Below are positions 13,816 through 26,400 of a stretch of 64,000 bases of DNA, in pieces (the first letter of the stretch is position 1; each line of letters opens with the position of its first letter). A program made the translations under genes and the position numbers. Under the pieces are notes generated by a model, which was not told the origin of the DNA, ran no database searches, and saw only the letters and a list, made by a program, of their open reading frames with translations. Source of the DNA: Lytechinus pictus (Eukaryota). The stretch covers positions 47,988,001 to 48,052,000 of the forward strand of contig NC_087246.1 of assembly GCF_037042905.1 (NCBI RefSeq), given 5' to 3'.

Positions 13816-14638
13816 TTGTCTCGCCTGCATAGCAGAGCGAGACTATAGGCGCCGCTTTTCCGACGGCGGCGGCGTCAACATCAAATCTTAACCTAAGGTT
13901 AAGTTTTTGAAATGACATCATAACTTAGAAAGTATATGGACCTAGTTCATGAAACTTAAGCATAAGGTTAATCAAGTATTAGTGAACATCCTGCTTGAGT
14001 TTCAGGTCACATGACCAAGGTCAAAGGTCATTTAGGGTCAATGAACTTTGGTCAAGTTGGGGGTATTTGTTGAATTACTATCATAACTTTGACAATTTAT
14101 GGATCTTGTTCATGAAACTTGGACATTAGGTTAATCAAGTACCACTGAATATCCTGTGCGAGTTTCAGGTCACATGACCATGGTCAATGGTCATTTAAGG
14201 TCAATGAACTTTGGCCGTGTTGGGGGTATTTGTTAAATTACCATCCTAACTCTGAAAGTTTATGGATCTAGTTCATAAAACTTGGGATATAAGAGTAATC
14301 AAGTATCACTGAACATCCCCTGTGAGTTTCAGGTCACAAAACCAAGGTCAAAGGTCAGTTAAGGTCAATAAACTTAGGCCATGTTGGGGTAATTGTTGAA
14401 TTGCCATCATAACTTTGAAAGTTTATAGATAGAGTGAATGAAATGTGGACATGGGTGTAGTTGACAAGTCTTAAGTCACCGTTCAAATGTCATTTATGGT
14501 CAATGAACGTGGTATTATGTCATTATATGAATGGTGTTTTTGTGAATGATTATTTTATAGTAGTTTTCAAAGTTAGCACTGCTGCTATATTAAATCGCGT
14601 AATGCAGGCGAGACTGCCAGAGGCGTTCCACTTGCTTT
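13816..14638 (+). mobile_element. Non-autonomous Helentron/DINE-1-like (HINE) element, family A, with ~3 internal ~163-bp repeats
   Basis: 5' subTIR GTCTCGCCTGCAT (13818) with an adjacent inverted copy GCGAGAC; (GGC)n tract; internal repeats at 14001, 14164, 14328; 3' subTIR ATGCAGGCGAGAC (14602-14614). Confidence 0.7.
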
Positions 14639-14822
14639 AGGCCTAAAAGTGAGATTTTTTTTTCTTTTTGAGACTTTCAAATGGAATTGCCAGTACTACA
14701 AATACATGGTTGTGGTTGGTGTTGTTTCAGTTCCTTGAGCACATAATACATGTTGATTTCTTGCTATAAAAACATTTTTTTTTTTTTTTTTACTGATACA
14801 CAGAAGTAATAAATGATTATAC

Positions 14823-16601
14823 TTTTTGTCTCGCCCACCAGAGGTGAAGGCGAGACTTAGGGATCCAAATGTCGTCGTCCGTCCGTCACAAAGCTGTAAT
14901 GACACATAACTCCACAACCGTAAGTCGCTTTTCAACCAAACTTGGATGGTAGATGGACTTGGGGGACCTGCATGTTATGCTGCAGTCTGAGGTCACATGG
15001 TAAGGTCAAAGGTCATTTTCAGGTCAACGTTAAAGTTTACATGCAAGACTCTCTTATGACACCTAACTCCGCAACCGTATGTCGCTTTTCAACCAAACTT
15101 GGTTGGTAGATGGACTTGGGGGACCTGCATGTTATGCTGCAGTCGGAGGTCACATGGTAAGGTCAAAGGTCATTTTCAGGTCAACGTTAAAGTTTACATG
15201 CAAGACTCTCTTATGACACCTAACTCCGCAACCGTAAGTCGCTTTTCAACCAAACTTGGATGGTAGATGGACTTGGGGGACCTGCATGTTATGCTGCAGT
15301 CTGAGGTCACATGGTAAGGTCAAAGGTTATTTTCAGGTCAACGTTAAAGTTTACATGCAAGACTCTCTTATGACACCTAACTCCACAACCGTGAGTCGCT
15401 TTTCAATCAAACTTGGATGGTAGATGGACTTGGGGGACCTGCATGTTATGCTGCAGTCGGAGGTCACATGATAAGGTCAAAGGTCATTTTCAGGTCAACG
15501 TTAAAGTTTACATGCAAGACTCTCTTATGACACTTAACTCCGCAACCGTAAGTCGCTTTTCAACCAAACTTGGATGGTAGATGGACTTGGGGGACCTGCA
15601 TGTTATGCTGCAGTCTGAGGTCACATGGTAAGGTCAAAGGTTATTTCCAGGTCAACGTTAAAGTTTACATGCAAGACTCTCTTATGACACCTAACTCCGC
15701 AACCGTATGTCGCTTTTCAACCAAACTTGGTTGGTAGATGGACTTGGGGGACCTGCTTTTAATGCTGCAGTCGGAGGTCACATGATAAGGTCAAAGGTCA
15801 TTTTCAGGTCAACGTTAAAGTTTACATGCAAGACTCTCTTATGACACCTAACTCCGCAACCGTAAGTCACTTTTCAACAAAACTTGGATGGTAGATGGAC
15901 TTGGGGGACCTGCATGTTATGCTGCAGTCGGAGGTCACATGATTAGGTCAAAGGTCATTTTCAGGTCAACGTTAAAGTTTACATGCAAGACTCTCTTATG
16001 ACACTTAACTCCGCAACCGTAAGTCGCTATTCAACCAAACTTGGATGGTAGATGGACTTGGGGGACCTGCATGTTATGCTGCAGTCTGAGGTCACATGGT
16101 AAGGTCAAAGGTTATTTCCAGGTCAACGTTAAAGTTTACATGCAAGACTCTCTTATGACACCTAACTCCGCAATCGTATGTCGCTTTTCAACCAAACTTG
16201 GTTGGTAGATGGACTTGGGGGACCTGCATGTTATGCTGCAGTCGGAGGTCACATGATAAGGTCAAAGGTCATTTTCAGGTCAACGTTAAAGTTTACATGC
16301 AAGACTCTCTTATGACACCTAACTCCGCAACCGTAAGTCACTTTTCAACAAAACTTGGATGGTAGATGTACTTAGGGGACCTGCATGTTATGCTGCAGTC
16401 GGAGGTCACATGGTAAGGTCAAAGGTCATTTTCAGGTCAACATTAAAGTTTACGTCCAAGGCTCTGATGACAAGTGTTATTCCATCCCAGTCATTTCACA
16501 ATGAAGTTTCGATATAATTCTCTTGCGTGCCCTCACAAATCACAATATTTCTGGTTATTTTCATAAGTGGGCGAGACACAAAATTGCATTTGCCTTGTTT
16601 T
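14823..16601 (+). mobile_element. Non-autonomous Helentron/DINE-1-like element, family B, with 10 x 157-bp internal tandem repeats
   Basis: T-run then subTIR GTCTCGCCCAC (14828), local inverted GGCGAGAC, GTC/GTCC microsatellite, 157-bp period (14931, 15088 ... 16344), 3' subTIR GTGGGCGAGAC (16567-16577), ends in a T-run. Confidence 0.75.
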
Positions 16602-19600
16602 GAATTATGACTGTTCTTGGAAAAAAAATGTCTAAAATTTAAATTTGACTTCTAGCTCTCAGCCCTAAAGAAATCATTACTTTATATTGTCCTGTTTAAC
16701 TCAGCGTTTGTGTTTGTATGTTTCATAGCTGTGCAAGATTTATCATTCTGGAAAGGAACAAAAGAAAAGTACTGAAATATGCCAAAGATTCTGTTTTTTC
16801 TAATACATAGTTTTTGCTGTTGAACTAATGAAATATTTATTTTTATTCTGAGTCAATGTTGTTGTATAGAAAAATATATTGTTATTCTCCCTCCACTGTA
16901 AGTGATTGGCAGAAGCATTATGGGTTTTTTTTTTGCTGTCCATGTGCCATCCTGACTTTGTTCTTGTTGAATTAAGAACCATTTGACAGATCGAATTTAA
17001 ACTTTTTCCACTTCACATTTAAGAATGCCAATTATCTGTTTTTTAGGTATCAAGGTCAAAAGTCACAAAGGTCATGTGGATTGAAATAACTTGTACTTGC
17101 AATTGCTGAAAAACCATTTGAGAGAAAACTTCAAACTAGTTATATGAATGTAATAATCAAGGTACGGTATGTAATAAAAGTAATAAAATAAGGGACAATG
17201 ATCTGATTAGATTTGGGTGTCACACGGTCATTATTCAAAAAAATTTAGTTAGGTGTGTTATATATTCTGGATCTGCCATTGGTGGACTACGTGCAGTTGA
17301 GAATCCATATAATTTATTTCATAAAAAGCTTTTTGGCATTACCAATTAGTATATTTTGCTTGTAAAATGTAGATGTTTATATTTCTATGTGTAAAACACT
17401 AAGTCAGTAATAAGAATGTGTATTTTTGTATGTTACAGTCACAAATGTATTCAGCTGAAATCAATATAGTTTATACAAGTAATTTATGAATAAATTTAAT
17501 GTTGTAACATAATTGTGAATTCTGTTCACAACCTTATATGATGAACAGTGTTCAGTATATTCAATGATTCCATCACGGAACCAAAAAAAGCTTGTTTGTT
17601 GTGTCAATTGTTGGAAAAATTAGGAAAGTTTTCAACTCTTTTGATTGTTATTGATGTTGTATGTGGACCAAAAGAAAATGAGGTCATATGCAAATATAAT
17701 ACCAGGCTGTGGGAAAATATGGTGGGAATATATTAATCAGAGGTAGGTCTGGTGGTATCTTGATTTTCCAAGCCCCAAAGAAACGATAGTCAATTGCCTG
17801 TCAATCTGGGCATGAATAAATCCGTCCATACCTATCAAAGAAATGCCTAATATAATATTTAACTTAGCTTGCAACTTTGATAAAAACAATTGATCTCTTT
17901 GTTTTTGATAATTTCTGTTTGTATCAGTAGGAAATGTTTATATCTATATATATATTTATATATAAGACATCAGAAATGCGAAACAAATTCACGAGTAATG
18001 CAGTTTTTGAAGTGCCAACAATTAAGTTCTTTTATTGACTCTCCAAATTGCATTATGTCTGTATTATGTCTCCAAATTGCATTCACTCTCAACCAAGATG
18101 CTTATATATATATATATATATATAGGAATAGTAGGTATGGATCATGGATGCACATTTACTTCAATTCAGTTCCAATTGAATTCAAGTAAATCATTTTCTC
18201 AATCATGGAATCAATATAATATTTTGTTCTATCTTGGATGTATATTTTGAGAAAATTTATAGTATAAAGAATTTTTGTTTTGATGGAGAGAGACAACTCA
18301 ATTTGGAAAGTCATTTATATATCATGTGTCTGTCTTTGTAAATATTAAATTCTGAAGCAGAAGTCATTCTTTTATTTGCTTTGTTCAAGGTTTCATTGTA
18401 GTTAATGAATCTGCATTTTAAGGGGTACTCAAGACTAAAAATAATATCTGAATGAATAAAGTAAAATTCAACGAGCAAAGCGGTGAAAAGCCTACTGAGC
18501 TTGTTGTACGTACGCAAGCAAATAGGAGGCAGAATGTCAAACATTTGTAACATTGCACATGTACCGTCCAAAATGTACCATCCATAATGTACCATTGCAT
18601 GGTAAGAAACAAGGTGACATCACTATAATAATTAGAATTCAATGCATTGCACTTAGTTAATGGAGGTGCAATGTGCATCAGGCTTATTGGCTAAATGCGC
18701 ATTGCTGCTGCAGATCACATGCCAACAAGGGATTTTGCTAATTTGCTTTCAATAACTTTCTTTTTTTTATATATTATCATAGGGAAAAAATATATATATT
18801 TTTGCTAACTTTCAAGGCATTGTACAACACGAATAGAGAATATCTTATTTGTGCAATCGTGCAAGATTTCACATTCAGTGAACGAAAGAGACTATTCAAC
18901 GAGGCGCAGCCGGGTCGAATAGAGCATCTTTCATTCGCCTCGTGCAAAATCTTGCACCGTCACACACGTACCTATTCGCTATTTTTATATCAGCGTTTGG
19001 TAATATATTGTGAAAACAGTTCTATGCCTGCTACCATGAATACATACATGTAATAGGTAGGCTGAATATGTCATGTCCCCACTTTTCTTTTTCTTACTTT
19101 ATTAAATGAAATAGATTTCATATTTTCATACATGTGTGTAAAAACAGGTCTCCCTTGCAAAAAAATAAATTTCAACAATTATTATCTAGAGTTAATCACT
19201 AGTCAATCCTATTTTCACATTCTTAGAATATAGGTACTCCATATAACCATATTTTTGTGTAATCACATGCAAGATAATACAATGTAAGAGGGGATATGAC
19301 ATCATCAGCTTGTCCATTGTATTCATGAGGACATGCAAAGAACTTTCACAGACATAATACAAAACTTGAATTGGCATAACTTTATTCCTTGTCCGTTTCT
19401 GATTAAATTGTCATAAATCACATATTTTTCAGCCTAGAGTAACCCTTAAATGAGCTATGAACCTCCGAGGTCCAAGACACACTCACATGTTAGCAAAAAT
19501 AGGAGATTACAAAGCTGTCAATCAGTAAGATTTTACTCTGTTTATTTTAATATTTTTAAAAGGGGGAAATGTCACTGAATAGAATTTTCCCATTGAAAAA

Positions 19601-20800
19601 GAATTTTATAACTTCTAAGAATGATTCTTTAATATGCAATATTATGCATGTTTCAAGGGTTTTTTGTGATTTTCAAAATTTGAAACAAAAATAGGATTTT
19701 AGGCTTAAAAATAGCATAAGAAAAGAAATAATGAATAAGATTTTTTTTTCAAACTGTTTTTGGCAGATATGGGGTTTTATTTACATTCCATTAATTATTG
19801 GCCAAGAAAGATACATGATGTCCTTGAAACCTCTACATTAACTTGCTTGAATGCAATAATAATAATTATAATTCTGTATTTCATCCAAAAGACAGGTCAA
19901 TTAATTCAATCATTTGACTAACCGCCCTTTCATACGGTAAAAAAAAATCGTAATTTGAATTATGATTCCAGTGAAAAATAAGGCTAATGACGAATTTTTA
20001 GCATGTATGAAACCAAACTAGAATCACGAACGCTAATCAGAAACACAAATTCAAATTCTACTCCGGAGGTGAATTCCAGTTCAGTTTCACTCAAATTACG
20101 GTATGAATTTTCCGTGTGAAAGGTCCGATGATTCTAAAGACAAATTGCAATCTTTATTACAATGGTGATTCAAGATTTACGCGTGAAAAGGCCCTAAGTA
20201 TTCACTTATCTGACAATTTGTATTCAACTCCTCAAATTTTAATTCATGTTAGGTGTGAAGAAGAAATGAAATAAAGCAAAGATGCAATTGTTTTCCAAAT
20301 AGCAAGAATGAGGAAAATTGTGATATTTGTATGCGTGTTGCTTTACAATTATGGTTGTTCAATTTATCATCATTCTCATCGTCATCATCATTTTCTTCAG
20401 CATTTCAAAACAGAGAATACAGAGAGGTACATAACAAATGAATGAGAAGACCAATACATGTACCGGTAATTAGGCTTGTGTCATAACATCGAGTTGCCAC
20501 GCCACGTCGAGCAATAGCGGAAACCGACCAATCAAGAAGAGGACCCCCTCAATTCCCCAAACGTTGAGCCCATTTACCCGACCTTTCGAGAAACGGGCAC
20601 CCTAAATTCCCAAAAGCGTGGTTCCAGTTTACCTGATGCCTCATGAAAATTATGGCATAATTATTGAATGGTCAGGTAAACTAGGCTCAACGTTTCGGAA
20701 ATTTAGAGGGCCCTTCTCGAATGTTCGACCCGACGCGAAATGTTGATGTGATGACACATGCCCAATTACAATAATATATGCGACATAAGCAATATTAGCT

Positions 20801-21140
20801 CCGGGGGGGGGGGGGGGGGGTTCGATTTTATTCGGACTGGGGTGTGCGGCTGAAGGTTCAAAACCCATACCCATATTTAAGGGTCATTTTGGCTAAAGAA
20901 GTACCCATTATTTAGGATTTATTAAAATTTTACAAGCAAAAAAAAAACAAAAGGTGATCACCCAAAATTGGAGAATATGGACCCATGTTTAAGGCCAGTA
21001 TCTAAAAATTGGAGCTACGTTTAGGGATTTTCCAGCATAAAACCATACCCCATGTTTAGGGATTTCTTCCAAAAAAGCGAACCCATTCCGGCGGCACATC
21101 CCCGTATGCCTTATTTCGCGAGTACCCCCCCCCCCCCTGG
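20801..21140. mobile_element. MITE-like element with poly-G / poly-C termini
   Basis: Begins CCGGGGGG..., ends ...CCCCCCTGG; same style as 50517-51082. Confidence 0.5.
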
Positions 21141-23454
21141 TATTAGCTGGATGAGAGTTACAGAGGCTGCCTGGGTATAGAAAAGGTTCACTTCATAACC
21201 ATAAACAACAGGTTTTCCTCCCAAACTCCATCCAGTGGCCAGTTGACAAAGAGATGCAAACACAACTCATATGCAACTCTATCCAGTACCGAAGTATGAC
21301 GTCATCAATTTTCACTATTTGCATATCACCGTTCTTGAAAACACTGAAATGCTAAAAAAAAGTTTTTTGTGACGTCATCGCTTCGGCAGGGTACTCTATA
21401 TGCAACTTGATCATTGCAAGAGGCGACACAATAAAATTAAGTTTCTGAACAATATATCAATTAAATAAGTGAAACTTTTATTAACTGTAAAATGTGAAAA
21501 TAAGACATATTCCGGTTACAATAAAGTTGATTAGTTACTTCTTACCTAAAACAATCATTTACTGAACAGGAAGATAAAAGCTTGATACTATTTACAGCCA
21601 CCATATACCACACACTGAGTTACATCAAAATAGTGTTTCCCCATGTTAGCACATGCTCTACAAAATTCTGAAGTGGCAAATGAAGTTTGTATACCCTATA
21701 TACCATATTTTTCTATGAAGTATCAGTCAAGTTCTTAACAAACATAATTGATAATATAACACTAAGGAATGAACAAGGTACATATATTATAATACAATCC
21801 ACAATATTTACAAGTAATAAATCTATGATTTGTAAAGTGATATACCACTAAATGACTACGATACATTGTGGATTTAATATTTTATTATCAATATGGAAAT
21901 AAAACTTGGTCCATTTGTAATATTTTATAAATGCACATGTTGCAAATAGTATTCTGGACGATATTGAAAGAATGGATAAGATATTATCAACTTTTCAAAT
22001 GAAGTTCAAAGGAATCAATGGCAATCCACAAGTAAAATAATGATAATGAAAAATTTAACAGCCTGAAGGAAGTTTCATCAGCCATAAAATCACAAACATC
22101 ATTCTTGTGATCTATACCATATCAGGGGGCCGTTTCATAAAGCTCTTCGTATTAAAGTTAAGAGTGACTATAAGAACAACTGGTGAACCTTTCTTACGCG
22201 TTACATAATCACCAATGAACATTTAATGGTGAATATCATTTACCACAAGAAAGGATCACCAGTCGTTCTTAAGTCGGTCTTAACTTATGAACAGCTTAGC
22301 GAAACACCCATCAGTATCCCATATCTGGCTGATAGGGCCACTTGTAGTGGTCTTGTGGTTTCCTCAAAATCAAAGAGGTACTCCTGCTTGTTTAGCTAAT
22401 ATTATCTTCCCCTATATTTGTTTACCATAATATTTAATACAGGTAGATCTTATTCTACATGAATTTTGTGTGTTCTAATTCTTTTCATGTTTTTTTTTTA
22501 TATCAAAGAAAGATCCTTACTCCGTGCCTGAATGTTATCTTATTGCACATCTTGTACATGTAGCTCAGCTGTTGATAAATTGCTTCATTCTTACATGTAT
22601 TTTGTTATCATTATGTTTATGTAACTCATTTATACTGCTAGTTTGTTTTGTATCTCTTTTTTATTAAGCAAAGACTAGTATCAGACCTTGATTATATATT
22701 TATCAGAATATCAGAATATTTATCAGAATGAATGTTCTCAAGACAATTCTTTATTTCATAGTCAGCATGCCTTGTAGAAATGCTCATTAGATAGCCTAGG
22801 ATAAGGTCTTTTTTACCAGAGGCATCAGACTTAGTGACCCTTTCAATGACTAGCCTCCAGTTTCCAAAGAAAGCTAGCTTTTTTTTTCTGAATCGGGATT
22901 TGGGGCGACTTGCAGTTAGGTATGAAAGTTGAAAGAGCCACCCAATTCTTGAATCTGCAGTTGGCTCGTTTTGGGGCTAATAACACAAAATGTCAAAGAA
23001 ACATTAGATTAGAAATATAGTACGACTAGTAGATCATGTGTTTCCTTGACATTTAGGGTCATATTCTTACTCCAGAATCGACAAGAATTTTAGTCCACAT
23101 TTCTATGAATTGTCAGTCGAGTTTCATCATTCTTATCCTTCATTCAACATTCATGACAAAGATTATGCATCAAAGGATTCATAGAAACACATGTGGTGAT
23201 CTTCTCATTTCATTACAATATTACTATTTTTTTTTAAGGTTTTCACTGCGGGGTCAAATGATTGTGTACTTTGTGTTTGAGTGGACGATTGGCACTCTAT
23301 AAAAATGTGGTTAAAGTTAACTAGGGATTCCTTTAATGGATGATATGATAATACCACTCTCAATGCACAATCATGCCACTGAAGAGGAATATTTCTCAAA
23401 CAACACATTTCATCATTCATCCTTTATCATCCAGCTGTGGTGCGTTTAAGCAGA

Positions 23455-26400
23455 TTACGATTCGGAAGGGTTCTGTATTACAAGTAATGAGCACTCTTTT
23501 CCTGCAAATAAAAAATAATGGAGAAAAGAGGGAAATATAAGATAATATCTAAAGTACATGTACTACCTGTTCTACAGAGTGTGAAGGGGTGCGAGCATCA
23601 CTGGCATAAATTCAAGCAGTACTCCTATTGTTCAGGGGTGAATAGTATGACGTCATGTATTTACGCCCATCATAGGAACTACGTTTTTCAGTTTTCACAG
23701 TATGAAGTTATGAACAAGACAAATAACACCGATTACTAATTACACTGAAACATGGATGAACATGCATGAAAATTGCCATTTTGTTTACTCTGAATTAAAG
23801 TTAAATAATGAAGATATCCATTTTAAATCAAGTTGGCACTGAAATGAAAGATTTGAAATAGGGATTTTGTGACTATTAGTGTGATGAAATATCATCCCAC
23901 AGCTGTGGGATGATATGAAGCTTATTATTTAATTCAAAGTTTGAACTCAAGAGAGCATTTTTGTAAACTAAGAATTATGGAAAATTCAGTTTTACAACTT
24001 TTGCAACAATATGTCTCCCATTACTACCAGACTACCACTAAAATGCAGCTATATTTACAGAGCACTGTGTAAAAGCTAAATGTATGAAAATAGACTAATG
24101 AATCATAATATTCATGGTACCATTCAACAAGGCTCATGATGTAATAATGAATACAAGACATTATATGTCATGAGTTTGTCTTTGTAACATTGACTTGGTG
24201 CATACAGTGCATGTTTATCATCGTAAGTTGGGTGATATGTCTCACTATATCTCAGCATTATGAAAAATGTTGTATTATATCCGAAGAGGGCTTTAAAGTA
24301 ATTAAAGACTAACCTGGAGCCACCATAACCTCATTCCGCTTGGTGCGAACACGGAGGAAGGCAAGGTTGTCCACTGGGTCAATATCCCGTACACAGCTCC
24401 TAGCCAGGCCAATCACAGGCTTGTATTGTTGGCAATACTGGACTGTGGTGGAATTATCTAGCGTCGTCTTGAGAGGGATTGCTGATAAAACAACAACAAA
24501 AAAATTAAATCAATGCGATTCAAAATATTGGTCCAATGTTTATTATAACATGGGCTATTTTGTCCTGTCGGTGCAAGAATGCCCTGAACACCACACTTTC
24601 GTGCATTGCATGCGCACGGGCAAAAACGCCCTTAGCAGCACGCATAACTGCATTGTGTAAGGGCGTTTCTTCACCGATTCAGTGCGAGAAAATGCTTTGC
24701 TAAGGACGTTCTTACACGGAAACGACAATTTGTTTTGATGTAATACAGGCTCCATTCTGAAAGCCCATCTCAGCTTTGGTAAAGGGCTATTGTGAATTCT
24801 ATTTGGGTATATTCTGTGTTAAAAACCAATCAGTCCATCGGTCCCCGAATGATGTCGCAACTGTTGGTGCAATATCCTGCAGACTGTTGGACTGATGTAA
24901 TAAAGAAATAGAAATTCGGTCTCATATGCATTTCTTCATTCCACTGGTCTCTGCTAAAGAATAACCGATGGGCATCGGGTCTTCTCGATTACATCTAATA
25001 TTCCCAGTGTATTGGCCATTCAAAGGGGTAGTTCACCCAGACGAAAAGTTTGTTGAAAAAATAGCAGAAAAAAATAATAAAAAATATTGGTAAAGTTTGA
25101 GGAAGATTAAAAAAGTTTTTTTTAAGTTTTGTGATGCCATCCATATACGAGCAGCTGCCCAAAATGTTATGTAATATAAAATACATAAATTTCATGTTTA
25201 ATGGTTCATGATGAGTAAATTTTTCTTCTTTCAGGAGCGGGTGTGAACTAATTTGTATGTTGATATATGGTCAGGGGTTCTAAAGCTGCGCGGGTCCTAA
25301 AACTACACACCACTCATTGCACATGCCATTTCAATGGCAAAATGAATGCGCACTTGAGCTCTGTGTGTGGAATTGTGACTGCAGAGTGACGAACGATCCC
25401 TATCTAATTTTTCTACAGAGGCTGCAATAAATCATTGAATACAGAGAAAACCAGCAAATGTTTGGAATTTTGGAGTTATATTCACTTTAATTTCATATTT
25501 TCCTATAATAATATGGACACATTTTAGAAATTGAGGCACAGGAAATACTATTTCTTTGCATGATAAATAGAGTACGTAGCTTTAGGACTCCTTTTACATC
25601 GGTTGGCAAAATCAAGAGCCATTCGGAAAACACAGCAGGATTTTTGTATTCGTGAGTTTTGTGATATTTTATTCATGGTTAAAGATCTTTAGAATATTTA
25701 TTACAAATTAGTGAAAGATAATTTGTTCAAATATTAAAATGGCATAGTTTTTATCGTATGAAAACAAAGTGCATAGCTTTTAGGTCCCCCATCATACTAA
25801 AGGTACAATAAAACTCATTTTCAATTTTTTGAGGAAATGACATTTCATTGTTTTTTCTACATTCATGATACATGAGAAGCTGATTGCATACACTAGTATA
25901 TGACAAAACAATCAAAAAATTAAAATTTTAATAACCTTTTAAATCTTTGACGGATTTCCCTCAAACCTTTCTGATTATTTTTGTTTGTTTGTTTTTCTCA
26001 CAAAAAAACTTTTAGTTGGGGAGTACTTCCACTATAATGTTTTAACCACTATTCTTTGTGCAAATTCAAATTTTGATACATTAGGTATATTATGAACTTT
26101 GTTATTTTGTTAATGACTTATCTCCCGAAAAAGTTAACAATTAGATATCAGAAAGCTACGATAGTATCCTGAAATTGTTAATCACTGACCGTACTATTAA
26201 AAAGATATTTTCTTTTAACCAGGCACCCAACTAAAAATAAATGTTCATTTAAAATTGAACAAGTTATCCAATAAAACATATTTTTTCATATCCTTCATAA
26301 TCATAACTGTTTCACATGATACAGATTCACAAAAATCTAGTAATTCATTTTTTTTTTTTTCACTTCTTGGGTGGTGTACCTTAGACTGTTGTTCAACAGT

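Noticed and set aside
14897-16460. 157-bp array as CRISPR or a stand-alone satellite
   Set aside because: Units are near-identical along their whole length and are bounded by Helentron-type subterminal inverted repeats.
24340-24660. ORF starting MVRTRRKARLSTG, similar to a histone H3 N-terminus
   Set aside because: It is the antisense reading of roadblock exon 3, has a non-ATG start and shows no histone fold.
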